Counted from the stretch's first letter, positions 7,798 to 17,421 are shown. The stretch: 49,145 bases of DNA from a bacterium (GCA_043800755.1 JAZDMQ010000021.1:1-49145), one strand, 5' to 3'. The notes: generated by a model not told the origin, from the sequence alone. Program-made: numbers and translations.

Positions 7798-8940
7798 CTA
7801 TGCCTTTCCCTCCATCAAGATGGCCTCTGCGGCCTGCACGCCCTTCCCTAATTCCACCGGATAGCCAAGCCCGGCCAGGGTGAGCTCCAGGGCGGAAATC
7901 ACGGTCACGATGTCGTAGGTATCCACATATCCCATGTGGGAGATGCGGAAGATCTTGCCCTTCAGCTGGGATTGTCCCCCGGCGATGGTGATCCCGTGCT
8001 TGGTCCGCAGGGTCTTGACAATCGCCCCGCCCTCGATCCCCGGCGGGGCCTTGATGGCCGTAACCGCCGGAGTGGGCGACTTGGAGTAGAGCTCCAGGCC
8101 CAGGGCAACCGCCCCAGCCCGGGTCGCTCGGGCCAGCCGATCGTGGCGGGCGAAGACATTGCTCAACCCCTCCTCCTTGATCAGGGCCAGGGTTTCCCGC
8201 AAGGCCATCAGCAAGGAGACCGCAGGGGTCCAGGCATTCTGGTTCTTCTCGATATTCTTCTTCTCCCGGGCGAAGTCGAAGTAGAACTTGGGCAGCTTCG
8301 ATTGGGCCACCATCGCCCAGGCCTTTTCGCTCACGCTGCAGAAGGCGAGGCCCGGAGGGAGCATGAGGCCCTTCTGCGATCCCGCCGCCGCCACATCAAT
8401 TTTCCAGGCATCCACCGGGACATCGGTCACCCCCAGGCTGGTCACCACATCGGCGATGAGCAGGGCCGGCGTCTGGGAGACGATCTCAGCGATCGCCTGC
8501 AAATCGTTCAGGGTGCCGGTAGAGGTCTCGCTGTGGGTGACGAGGACCGCCTTGATGGATGGGTCTTTTTTGAGGGCCGCCTCGATCAGGCCCGGATCCA
8601 CTGAAGTCCCCCATTCCACATCGAGGGCCTCGAAGTTCACCCCATAAGCCTGACAGATCTCTCCCCACCGCTCCCCGAATTTTCCACCCCGCACGACCAG
8701 GGCCTTGTCTCCGGCGGAGAGGGTATTCACCACCGCTCCCTCCATCCCGCCGGTGCCGGAAGAGGCAAAGACCAGCACCTCGGTCGAGGTCTGAAAGAGG
8801 AATTTCAGGCCTTGGCGCACCTCGGAGAAGATCTGCTCATACTCCGGGGCGCGATGGTGGAGGATGGGCTTGCTCATCGCCAGCAAGGCCTCCACCGGAA
8901 TGGGCGTGGGACCGGGAGCCATCAGGTATCTCTTCATCAT
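7798..8940 (-). CDS. Class V PLP aminotransferase (alanine-glyoxylate/serine-pyruvate family; plausible SerC substitute next to serA)
   Basis: LMAPGPT, HSETSTG, GSQKGLMLPPG (PLP lysine), FRISHMG. Start reset to ATG 8940. Confidence 0.9.
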   Translation of the reverse strand: MMKRYLMAPGPTPIPVEALLAMSKPILHHRAPEYEQIFSEVRQGLKFLFQTSTEVLVFASSGTGGMEGAVVNTLSAGDKALVVRGGKFGERWGEICQAYGVNFEALDVEWGTSVDPGLIEAALKKDPSIKAVLVTHSETSTGTLNDLQAIAEIVSQTPALLIADVVTSLGVTDVPVDAWKIDVAAAGSQKGLMLPPGLAFCSVSEKAWAMVAQSKLPKFYFDFAREKKNIEKNQNAWTPAVSLLMALRETLALIKEEGLSNVFARHDRLARATRAGAVALGLELYSKSPTPAVTAIKAPPGIEGGAIVKTLRTKHGITIAGGQSQLKGKIFRISHMGYVDTYDIVTVISALELTLAGLGYPVELGKGVQAAEAILMEGKA

Positions 8941-9030
8941 CGGACGATCCACCCTTCGTACAGGAATTGATTGGCTTGAATCAGCCAATTTGCGTAATAT
9001 GCCAGATTCCACCTGGAAAATGGCCGAGAG

Positions 9031-9059
9031 ACTATAGCCAAAACCCCCATCCTTGTCAA
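9031..9059 (-). promoter_or_regulatory. Sigma70 promoter for aminotransferase-serA-purA
   Basis: TTGACA-N17-TATAGT on the minus strand. Confidence 0.8.
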
Positions 9060-9131
9060 GACAAATCCTCCCGGGCCTTGGCCTGGCTTTGGCGGGCCCT
9101 TTCCCTTCACCCATCCAGGGAATTCCCAGGA

Positions 9132-12059
9132 TCAGAAAGAGGCCCCCAGGCCCAGCATCATCTGGGTCTCCCCTCCGCGCTGAAGACCCCGGGCCAGGAT
9201 GAGACGCAGCTGGAGGGGGATCGCATAGGCGACCTCTAAGTTCAGCCTTCCCTCCACCCCTACCCCCACCTTGAAGTCATCGAAGTCCCCCCGGTGATCC
9301 CAAGCGTTCCCGCAATCCACGAATCCCGCCCCATGGAGGCGCTGCAGGAAGAAGGGCCAGGTGCCCCGACCCCGCTCGATGTTCCAGATGGGAAACCGAT
9401 ACTCCAGGCTTCCCGCCGCCATCCTCTGCCCGCGAAACTCCCGCTCCGGATAGCCCCGAAGAAAGATCTCCTGGTCCTCGATCTGCAACGGGCCCACTCC
9501 TCCGGTCAGGCCCCCCATTTGGAAGGCCCGCTGGCGGAGAAGGTCGCCCTTCGCATATCCTCCCAGGAGCCTCAGGGCCAGGACCTGGTGGCGGAAGGGT
9601 ATATTGACATACTCCCGCCAATCTCCCAGGTAGCGGTCGAGGTTGAAATCGCTGCCCAGCCGGTCATCCATCCGCTCGTAGGAGAGGCTGATCGTCCTAC
9701 CCTCCTCCGGGCTAATGGAGAACCCATACCGCTGGGCATTGGAGTAGAGCCAGCGCAGATGGAGGCCAGCGAGATCTCCCTCCTCGGGCCTTTTCGTCCA
9801 GGAGGGGACCTGCGAGAGGCGATCCAGCTCCTGGCGGCGATATCCGAAAAAGAGGACCTGGCCTGAGGCGATAAAATAGAGGGGGATGCCCACCTCCGCA
9901 CTGAGGGTGCGCTGCCGTTCCCAATAGTCCCGTCCCTCATCCTCCTCCTCATCGCGCCGCAACAGATCGCTGTAGAGGGCCGCACGGTCAGAAACCCCCA
10001 ACTTCAGGGTGGGATAGAACTGGTCGTTGGTGTACTGGAGGTCATAGGCCCAGCGGTGACTCCTGGCCCCGTAGTAGGCCTGCAGCAAATACTGGTGCTG
10101 GGCCAGGGTATCCGCCCCCAAGGTCAGGCCCCCCACTTGTAGCCCCCGCTCGTCCTGGCCAAACCAGGGGACCCAGAAGCGGGGCCAGAGCGTGGGAAGG
10201 GGATTATAGGAATGGGAGCGCACGGAAGGGGGCGAGGGGGAAGGACCGGCGGGCTCTGGCGCGGGCAAATCCTGGGCCACCCGGACCCCGGACTCGACCC
10301 TCCGCCACTGCTCCGGCGCGACCTCCATGGTATAAAGATCGAATCCCTTCGCGGAATAGCCGATGAAGGCCAGCTGCCGCCCATCCGCCGAGCAGTCAGG
10401 ATAGAATGCCCCTCCCAGGACATTGCTCACCTGGTACAGGCAGCCCTCCTCCAGGGAGAAGGCGTACAGGTTATAGACCCCAGTCCGATCAGAAGAGAAG
10501 AAGAGGTAGCGCCCATCCGGGGACCAGCTCGGTCCCGTATCCAGCGATCGATCCTGGGTGAGGCGTGCGATCTCCTCGCCCCGCTGATCCAGGAGAAGGA
10601 TATCCTGAGGTCCGCCCTCCCTCCTCATGGAGACCGCGATCCTTTTCCCATCCGGGGACCACCGGGGCTTGGAATACTGGATCCGCTCCTGATTGTGGGT
10701 GAGGGTGGTGATCTGGCGCGTAGCAAGATTTAGGGTCGCCAGGTCATTCGTACCCAGGTGATTGATGACGAAGAGCACCTGGCCTCCATCCGGGGAGATA
10801 TCCGGATCGCGGGCCCGCAGGCCCCGGGTGAGTCGGATCGTCTTCTCTCGCTCCAGGTCGTGGAGATAGAGGTCCTGGTAGCTGGAGAAGCTCCAGTAGA
10901 GCTCATATTGGGAGAAGGCGATCTTCTTGCCATCTGGAGCCCAGGAGATCCCCTCCCCCCAGTTTCGGCGGCAGAGGGCCCGATCTCCCCGGCCACCGGC
11001 CTGGATCAGGCGGAGCGAAGGATATTCATCCTGGTTATACTCGGAATAGGCGATGCTCTGGCCGTCCGGAGAGAGGGCCGGCTCGCTGATCAGGTATCCG
11101 CGGAGGGTCAGCCGCCTCGTGGGGGAAAGGCCCGCGGCTCGGACCTCCTCCATTTGGGCCACATACTTTTTCCGCAGCTCCGATTGCCACTCGGCCCACA
11201 GGGCCTGGTAATCTCTCCCCAGGACCTGCTTGGCAGACCGGTTCACCAGGAAGGGGACCAGACGACTGCCATAGTTGTGGGCGATCTCGCTCAACTTCTC
11301 CTCCCCGTAACGCTCCGCCAGATATTGATGGAACATCACCCCGTACAGATAAGGGACCATCCCTCCTGGCCAGGAGACTAAAGAGGAGGAGGCCTGATCC
11401 AGGGAGTTCAATCGCCCTTCCAGGGCGGCCATCCGGAGGATCATCTCGAAGAGGTTGCTCCTGCCGCGGCCTCCGCTGGTCTGCTTCGTCTCCTGATAGG
11501 TGGGAACCCCCTCGATGATCCAGAGGGGCTGCCACAGATTAGGAAAGTAGAGGCGGCCGAAGATGTATTGCAGGGCCTTCGGGGCCCCCTCTACTATGTC
11601 CAGGTGCAGGATGTGGGCGTACTCGTGGGTGATCACCAGCCGCAGCCAGTCGTCCTGGTTCTCCAGGCCGGAGAGCTCCCCCCCCGAGGGGGCGGAGGCA
11701 GTGATGAGTATGGCATTATAGGGGAAGGGGGTGGAGAAGCCGTTCGATTCATCATAGCGATCGATCAGGACCAGCTGGGTGCTGCCTCGCGGCTCCCAAC
11801 GCAGGTCGGAGGTGAGTCGCGCATGCACCTCCTCTGCGATCTCGGCCGCACGGGCCGCCAGGGCCTCTTCTCCCTGATGATAGTGGATGGCAAAATGGGG
11901 GGTCTTGAAGGTGCGCCAACGCAGTAGGGGATCCGGCTTGCCGACCGGGAAAAGGCTGGGAGGGGCACATCCTGAAAGGATGAAGACCAAGAAAAGGGGG
12001 ATCAGCAGGAGCCACTTATCCCGTTGGAGGGGCAGAGATGCCTGAGGCCTTCCCTTCAT
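9132..12059 (-). CDS. Omp85/BamA-family outer-membrane protein with HEXXH peptidase-like domain and PD40/TolB repeats
   Basis: Lipobox LSGC; HEYAH plus WIIEG; several SPDG/WSPDG repeats; LRGY barrel motif; terminal Phe. Confidence 0.8.
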   Translation of the reverse strand: MKGRPQASLPLQRDKWLLLIPLFLVFILSGCAPPSLFPVGKPDPLLRWRTFKTPHFAIHYHQGEEALAARAAEIAEEVHARLTSDLRWEPRGSTQLVLIDRYDESNGFSTPFPYNAILITASAPSGGELSGLENQDDWLRLVITHEYAHILHLDIVEGAPKALQYIFGRLYFPNLWQPLWIIEGVPTYQETKQTSGGRGRSNLFEMILRMAALEGRLNSLDQASSSLVSWPGGMVPYLYGVMFHQYLAERYGEEKLSEIAHNYGSRLVPFLVNRSAKQVLGRDYQALWAEWQSELRKKYVAQMEEVRAAGLSPTRRLTLRGYLISEPALSPDGQSIAYSEYNQDEYPSLRLIQAGGRGDRALCRRNWGEGISWAPDGKKIAFSQYELYWSFSSYQDLYLHDLEREKTIRLTRGLRARDPDISPDGGQVLFVINHLGTNDLATLNLATRQITTLTHNQERIQYSKPRWSPDGKRIAVSMRREGGPQDILLLDQRGEEIARLTQDRSLDTGPSWSPDGRYLFFSSDRTGVYNLYAFSLEEGCLYQVSNVLGGAFYPDCSADGRQLAFIGYSAKGFDLYTMEVAPEQWRRVESGVRVAQDLPAPEPAGPSPSPPSVRSHSYNPLPTLWPRFWVPWFGQDERGLQVGGLTLGADTLAQHQYLLQAYYGARSHRWAYDLQYTNDQFYPTLKLGVSDRAALYSDLLRRDEEEDEGRDYWERQRTLSAEVGIPLYFIASGQVLFFGYRRQELDRLSQVPSWTKRPEEGDLAGLHLRWLYSNAQRYGFSISPEEGRTISLSYERMDDRLGSDFNLDRYLGDWREYVNIPFRHQVLALRLLGGYAKGDLLRQRAFQMGGLTGGVGPLQIEDQEIFLRGYPEREFRGQRMAAGSLEYRFPIWNIERGRGTWPFFLQRLHGAGFVDCGNAWDHRGDFDDFKVGVGVEGRLNLEVAYAIPLQLRLILARGLQRGGETQMMLGLGASF

Positions 12060-12062
12060 CGG

Positions 12063-12599
12063 TCATCTCTCAGGCTTATAGATGCGGACCCAGATCGCCC
12101 TCCATCCCGGCCTCTTCGATCCCTCCGCACCGGCAACCTCTCCCGGGGCCAATACAAAGGAGACCCCTTGCTGGGGATAGCTCAATATCGGTGGGCGATA
12201 GGGAATATGGCCATAGGTCTCCTGGATCTTCTCGACAAAGTCACCTTCCGCAACTCCTGAGGCAGTCCTCCAATTCCGGCGCAGAAGGATCGAGGCGACC
12301 TTGCCGGTCTTCACTTCAATCATGATCTCGGCGAAATCATAATCGTAGTACCGCCAGGCCTTCTCCTCTTGCTGCTTCGGCGGCTTTCCCAGGCGGCGCA
12401 CCACCTCCTCCCCTGAATCCCCCAGGGAGAGACCCCCTGCCCAGCCTTTTCCTTCCTGCAGGAGGAAGGGTGCGTCCTTGCCCCGATGGCAGCCAATGAG
12501 CAGACAGGCGAGGCCAAGGAAGAGGCACAGATGGCGCTTGACAAACCCCGATCTAAAAAGGAGGGGACGCCTTGCCGACAGCGGATCCGCGGTAATCAA
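12063..12599 (-). CDS. Hypothetical lipoprotein
   Basis: Hydrophobic segment ending LIGC; start overlaps the rpoZ stop; start uncertain. Confidence 0.6.
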   Translation of the reverse strand: MITADPLSARRPLLFRSGFVKRHLCLFLGLACLLIGCHRGKDAPFLLQEGKGWAGGLSLGDSGEEVVRRLGKPPKQQEEKAWRYYDYDFAEIMIEVKTGKVASILLRRNWRTASGVAEGDFVEKIQETYGHIPYRPPILSYPQQGVSFVLAPGEVAGAEGSKRPGWRAIWVRIYKPER

Positions 12600-13087
12600 T
12601 CCCCTCCTTCGTGCTCCTTCTCGATCTCCACTCCCCCCATCTCCTCCCCCAGGGCCACCTCGGCGATCGGGTCGAATTCCAACACCCCCTCCTCCACCAC
12701 ACCCGCCGGTCCCACCTCAATCTCCGGCTGAAATCCCTCCACTACCCCCTCAGCCTCATATCCCTCGACGGCCCCCTTCTCCTCCTCTGGGGCCAGGTGC
12801 TCTTCCAACATTAGCTCTTCCGGCGGGATATGACGGAACCATGCCGCTCTCGTCTCCTGCGCGGCTTGCTTGCTCTGACTTCCCGCCCATTCTGCCGGGG
12901 GCGATTGGAAGTTGATCCTCCCTGCGAAAACCTCATCCAGGGCAATGCTGGTGGGCTTCAGGGCCCTGCTGTTCACCAGTGGGCGGGCTCCGCGGTTGAT
13001 CTGTTTGCTTCTTTTCGCCGCAATGATGACCAGGCGGTATTTGCTATCGATACCCTTGGGCAAATCGTCCAGTATGTGAAACATCAT
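12596..13087 (-). CDS. rpoZ: RNA polymerase omega subunit with long acidic C-terminal extension
   Basis: SKYRLVIIAAKRSKQI...KPTSIALDE; follows gmk with an ATGA overlap. Confidence 0.9.
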   Translation of the reverse strand: MMFHILDDLPKGIDSKYRLVIIAAKRSKQINRGARPLVNSRALKPTSIALDEVFAGRINFQSPPAEWAGSQSKQAAQETRAAWFRHIPPEELMLEEHLAPEEEKGAVEGYEAEGVVEGFQPEIEVGPAGVVEEGVLEFDPIAEVALGEEMGGVEIEKEHEGGD

Positions 13088-13710
13088 TTCCTCCTCCACT
13101 CCTCCTCCAAGAGGTCCTTCAAAAAACCAGTATCGGCGCGATAGGTCTTGCAACGCTCCGCGAGGATGATCGACCTGAGCGCACTGATGGCGGTCTCCAA
13201 CTCGTCATTGATGATCAAATATTGATATTTGCTATACTCCTTCATCTCGGCCATGGCCTTGTGCAGGCGCCGTTGAATCTCCTCCTCAGGATCGGCCTTC
13301 CTCAGCCTGAGCCTCTGCTCCAGCTTCTCCATGGTGGGGGGAAGGACAAACACGAAGATCCCAGTAGGGAATTTCTCCCGCAGTTGGGTGGCCCCCTGCA
13401 CATCGATGTCCAAGATCACATCGTTGCCCCCCTGAAAGTGGCTCTCTAATTGGAGGCGAGAGGTCCCATATAGGTACCCATGGACCCTGGCCCACTCTGC
13501 GAACTCTCCCCCTTCGATCTTCTTGGCGAACTCCTCCTCCGAGAGAAAGAAATAGTCCCTTCCCTCTTTCTCCTCCGGACGGGGCGACCGGGTAGTAAAA
13601 GAGACCAAGTGCACCATATCGGAGATCGAGGTCACCGCCCCCCGGCAGAGCGAGGTCTTCCCCGCCCCGGAAGGGGCGGAAACCACCACCAGAAGCCTAT
13701 TTTTGATCAT
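13084..13710 (-). CDS. gmk: Guanylate kinase
   Basis: SAPSGAGKT, TTRSPRPEE, LDIDVQGA. Start reset to ATG 13710. Confidence 0.96.
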   Translation of the reverse strand: MIKNRLLVVVSAPSGAGKTSLCRGAVTSISDMVHLVSFTTRSPRPEEKEGRDYFFLSEEEFAKKIEGGEFAEWARVHGYLYGTSRLQLESHFQGGNDVILDIDVQGATQLREKFPTGIFVFVLPPTMEKLEQRLRLRKADPEEEIQRRLHKAMAEMKEYSKYQYLIINDELETAISALRSIILAERCKTYRADTGFLKDLLEEEWRRK

Positions 13711-13768
13711 CTCTTGTAGAGGCGCAAAAGCCGATCCACCTGAAAAAGGCTGGGCCGAGCGATCCCTG

Positions 13769-14029
13769 TTAGTTTTTGCCCTCGTCTCCTGCCAGGCGCT
13801 GCACAATGGTCTCCGTCTGCACGGCGGAGAGGATGACATGATCGGAGTCCATAATGATGATGGAGCGGGTCCTCCGGCCATTGGTGGCATCGACCAATTT
13901 CTTATCTTGCTTGGCCTCGTCCTTTAGCCTCTTGATCGGGGCCGAGCCCGCATTGACGATGGCCACGATCCGGCTGGAGGGCACCGTATTGCCGAATCCG
14001 ACATTGACTAATTTTTCCAAACTAAACAC
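13769..14029 (-). CDS. remA: RemA (DUF370) family protein
   Basis: [21 protein letters not shown]; yicC-remA-gmk-rpoZ synteny. Confidence 0.92.
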   Translation of the reverse strand: MFSLEKLVNVGFGNTVPSSRIVAIVNAGSAPIKRLKDEAKQDKKLVDATNGRRTRSIIIMDSDHVILSAVQTETIVQRLAGDEGKN

Positions 14030-14065
14030 CTCCTGGGGAAAATGTCTGCGTCCCCCTGCGATCGA

Positions 14066-14941
14066 CTATTCCACATTTTGCACCTGCTCGCGCAACTTCT
14101 CCAACTCCATCTTCATGCCGATGATTTGATGGGAGATGGGGGCATCCGAGGCCTTGGCGGAGATGGTGTTAGCCTCGCGATGCATCTCTTGTAGCAAGAA
14201 ATCGAAGGGGCGGCCGGAAGGGGAATCCTGAATTAGAAGGCCCTGGGCTTGCTGAAGGTGGCTTTGCAGACGGGCCACCTCTTCCGCAATATCCCACCTC
14301 TCCGCCCAGAGGGCCAACTCCTGCTCCAGTCGGCCTTGGTCAATCTCTTGCCCTTGCATAATCTCCACTATCCGCTCGCCAATCCTCCCTTGGTGCTCTC
14401 TCCTGGCCTCCGGCCATCGGGAAGCGATGGTATTCAGGAGGCGTTGGGCCTCCAGGAGACCCGCTTGGATCTGGGCCTCTAAGGCCAACCCCTCTTTTCG
14501 TCGCATGCCTTCAAGGCCCTCCAGTGCCTGACTGATGGCCTTCTGCGCATCTTCCCAGTACACCTCCGTAATCCGGTGTTCCTCGGAGGAGAAAATCTCC
14601 CTCATCTCCCCCACCAGCCGGAGGTCTACTCGCCCGGAGAGGCCCAGGCGTTTCTTCAGCAACTTGAGGGACTGCACATATTGCTCGGCCAGGTCCCAGT
14701 CCAGGCCCAGTCCTCCTTGCCTCTCCCCCTTGTTTCTCTCGGCCAGGTAAAAGTCGAAGTGGCCCCGCTTGAACCTGCCAGAGATCTCCTTCTGGATCCG
14801 AGATTCGTGGGCAATCCAACCCCGAGGCAGGCGGGCCTTCACCTCCAAAAATCGGTGATTGGTCGAAGAGACCTCCACAAAATATGTTCCCGTGGGTCCG
14901 GCATGCTCCCCCCGACCATATCCCGTCATGCTCCTGATCAT
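14066..14941 (-). CDS. yicC: YicC/YloC family endoribonuclease
   Basis: MIRSMTGYG, DFLLQEMHREANT, REQVQNVE. Confidence 0.95.
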   Translation of the reverse strand: MIRSMTGYGRGEHAGPTGTYFVEVSSTNHRFLEVKARLPRGWIAHESRIQKEISGRFKRGHFDFYLAERNKGERQGGLGLDWDLAEQYVQSLKLLKKRLGLSGRVDLRLVGEMREIFSSEEHRITEVYWEDAQKAISQALEGLEGMRRKEGLALEAQIQAGLLEAQRLLNTIASRWPEARREHQGRIGERIVEIMQGQEIDQGRLEQELALWAERWDIAEEVARLQSHLQQAQGLLIQDSPSGRPFDFLLQEMHREANTISAKASDAPISHQIIGMKMELEKLREQVQNVE

Positions 14942-14946
14942 CGGCC

Positions 14947-15369
14947 TTAAGGGAGTTGAAAGACCAGCTGGCCTTCCCCTACCACTTCCCCTCCAATCCT
15001 CGCCTCTCCTTGAAATTCGAAGAATCGACCAAACTGATGGAGCAACTTCATCCTAAGCCATAGCTCCTCACCCACCTCAGGTTCTCGGACGATCCGCATC
15101 CCCTTGATGGCCGCGTAGAAACCGGAGGGGGGCACCTTCTCCTGGGAGGCCGAGGCGGCCACTATCGAGGCGGCCTGCGCCATGGCCTCCGCAATGAGAG
15201 ACAGGGGAAAGAGCCCGGGAGGGCCAATCTGGCCCGCGAACTCCTCTCCCGCGCTCACCCGTTTCAGGGCAAGGATCTCCTTGCCCGGCTCCAACTCGAT
15301 GACCCTATCTACCAAGAGGAAGGGGTAACGATGGGGAAGAAGGCGGGGGAAGGAGCCGTCATGGGTCAT
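14947..15369 (-). CDS. fabZ: FabZ-like hot-dog dehydratase, atypical active site
   Basis: LPHRYPFLLVDRV and EAMAQ present; GHFP motif absent. Confidence 0.8.
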   Translation of the reverse strand: MTHDGSFPRLLPHRYPFLLVDRVIELEPGKEILALKRVSAGEEFAGQIGPPGLFPLSLIAEAMAQAASIVAASASQEKVPPSGFYAAIKGMRIVREPEVGEELWLRMKLLHQFGRFFEFQGEARIGGEVVGEGQLVFQLP

Positions 15370-15380
15370 GGGCTAAGGAC

Positions 15381-15644
15381 CTACTTGGCTCTGTGCTTCT
15401 CCACATAGCTGCAAAGGGCCTCCACCGAGGCGAAGGCCTCCTTTCCCACATCTTCATCCGGAATGGAGATGCCAAATTCCTGCTCCAATCCCACAACCAG
15501 CTCCAGGGCATCGATGGAATCCAGGCCCAGACCTTCCCCAAACAGGGGAGCCTGATCCTCGATGTCCGCCGGGGAGATCTCCAGTCTCAGCCGCCGAATA
15601 ATAAGGTCTTTGATCTGCTCCTTCAGGGTCCGATCGTCTCCCAT
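15381..15644 (-). CDS. Acyl carrier protein (aryl-polyene/flexirubin-like type)
   Basis: PLFGEGLGLDSIDALELVV with the phosphopantetheine Ser. Confidence 0.93.
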   Translation of the reverse strand: MGDDRTLKEQIKDLIIRRLRLEISPADIEDQAPLFGEGLGLDSIDALELVVGLEQEFGISIPDEDVGKEAFASVEALCSYVEKHRAK

Positions 15645-15740
15645 GCTCCCGAAACGCTCCCTCCTTTATCGCCGAACCCACCCCGCATCTTTTGGGATTT
15701 GCGAGGCAGGAAAAATGCCGCCCGATCCCCCCACTGCGGA

Positions 15741-16499
15741 TCACATTACCATTCCGCCATCCACCGAAAGAATCTGCCCGGTCAGGTAGTCGGCTGCCGG
15801 AGAGGCCAAAAAGACCGCCGCCGCCGCCACCTCCTCCGGAAGGCCAAACCGGCCCAGGGGAATCATCCCTAAGAATTCCTGCCGGATCTCCTCTGACAAT
15901 TGACCGGTCAACTCCGTCTCGATGATTCCAGGGGAGACGGCATTCACGGTGATCCCAAACCGGGACAACTCCCGGGCCAGGGACTTGGTGAAGCTCACCA
16001 CACCCCCCTTGGAGGCGGAGTAATTCACCTGTCCCGCCCGGCCAGAAAGGGCGCTGGGGGATGCGAGATTAATGATCTTGCCCGATCTCTGGCCGATCAT
16101 CATGCGGCAGGCCGCCTTGGAGCAGAGAAAGACCCCCTTGAGGTTCGTGGCCAGGACCTCGTCCCAATCCCCTTCGCCCATGAGCATCAGGAATTTGTCC
16201 CGGACCACCCCCGCGTTGTTCACCAGGATGTCCAGGCGACCGAAGGCTCCCTGCAAGGCTTGGAAGATCTTGCTCACCTGCTCGGCCGAGGAGACATCGC
16301 CCTCTAGGAGGATCCCCTCTGACCCGAGCGCCTTCACTTCGGCCAGGACCTGCTCTGCCGCCTCCCGGCTTTTTCGACAATTGACGGCCACCTTTGCGCC
16401 CTGCGAGGCCAGAGCGCGGCAGATCGCGGCGCCGATGCCCCTTGAACCGCCCGTGACCAAAGCGGCCTTGCCCTCAAACAGTCTCTCCAACTCTCCCAC
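15741..16499 (-). CDS. fabG: 3-oxoacyl-ACP reductase
   Basis: TGGSRGIG, NNAG, NYSASK, SVDGG. Confidence 0.93.
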   Translation of the reverse strand: MGELERLFEGKAALVTGGSRGIGAAICRALASQGAKVAVNCRKSREAAEQVLAEVKALGSEGILLEGDVSSAEQVSKIFQALQGAFGRLDILVNNAGVVRDKFLMLMGEGDWDEVLATNLKGVFLCSKAACRMMIGQRSGKIINLASPSALSGRAGQVNYSASKGGVVSFTKSLARELSRFGITVNAVSPGIIETELTGQLSEEIRQEFLGMIPLGRFGLPEEVAAAAVFLASPAADYLTGQILSVDGGMVM

Positions 16500-17421
16500 C
16501 CTCGAAGATCCGCTCCAGCAGGACCGGATCGTCCGTCGCCAGGACCTTCACCTTCCGGTCGATCCAACGGGTGAGGCGAGAGAGCATCTGCCCCGGTCCC
16601 ACCTCAATAAAGGTATCCACCCCTTCGCGCACCAGGCGTTCGATGCAATCCTTCCAGCGGATTTGGCTGTGCAGCTGCCGTGAAAGGAGGTCGCGGGCCT
16701 CCTCTCTGTCCCGCACATATTCCGCATCCACATAGGAGAGGACCGGGAGGCGGGGATCCTGGAGGTCAACCCCCCGCAAAAAAATCGCAAACCGCTGCGC
16801 GGAGTCCTGCATCAAAGGAGAATGATAGGCAGCCTCCACCTCGATCTCCTTCGCCTCCAGGGCTCCCCGGGCAAGGGCCAGGGAGCATGCCGCCTCCACT
16901 GCCTTCGCATCTCCTGAGATCACCACTTGCCGGGAGGCATTCAGGTTGGCCACCACTGCATGCCCATGTCCCTGCACCTCCTGGCAGATCTGGAAAACCT
17001 CGTCCTCCAGGAGCCCGATGACGGCGGCCATTTTGCCCGGGCGGGAAGCAGAGGCTTCCTCCATCAGGCGACCCGCCTCTTGAATCATGGCCAGCCCCGC
17101 AGAGAAATCGAAGACCTGCGCCGCCATCAGGGCGGAATAGAATCCCAGGCTGTAGCCGGTCACCGCCTGGGGGATGAGCCCCTGATCCTTCCAGAGCGAC
17201 CAGAAGATCGCATTGGCGACAAAGGTGGCCACCTGGGAAGGGGTATCCTGAAAAAGGAGGTCGCGGGGACCCTCCCGGATCAGTTGGCCCACATCAAATG
17301 GCACCAAGTCCTTGGCCTCATCGAGGAGGCGAGCAGTTTGAGGGGATCGCTTCAGAATCGCCCCTGCCATCCCCACATACTGTGAGCCCTGTCCGGGAAA
17401 AAGAAAGGCTTGCCTCGGCAA
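16474..17421 (-). CDS. fabD: FabD-like acyltransferase, atypical active site
   Basis: FLFPGQGSQ, GYSLG nucleophile, AYHSPLM, EVGPG. TTG start at 17421 with AGAGGA RBS. Confidence 0.85.
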   Translation of the reverse strand: MPRQAFLFPGQGSQYVGMAGAILKRSPQTARLLDEAKDLVPFDVGQLIREGPRDLLFQDTPSQVATFVANAIFWSLWKDQGLIPQAVTGYSLGFYSALMAAQVFDFSAGLAMIQEAGRLMEEASASRPGKMAAVIGLLEDEVFQICQEVQGHGHAVVANLNASRQVVISGDAKAVEAACSLALARGALEAKEIEVEAAYHSPLMQDSAQRFAIFLRGVDLQDPRLPVLSYVDAEYVRDREEARDLLSRQLHSQIRWKDCIERLVREGVDTFIEVGPGQMLSRLTRWIDRKVKVLATDDPVLLERIFEGGRVGETV

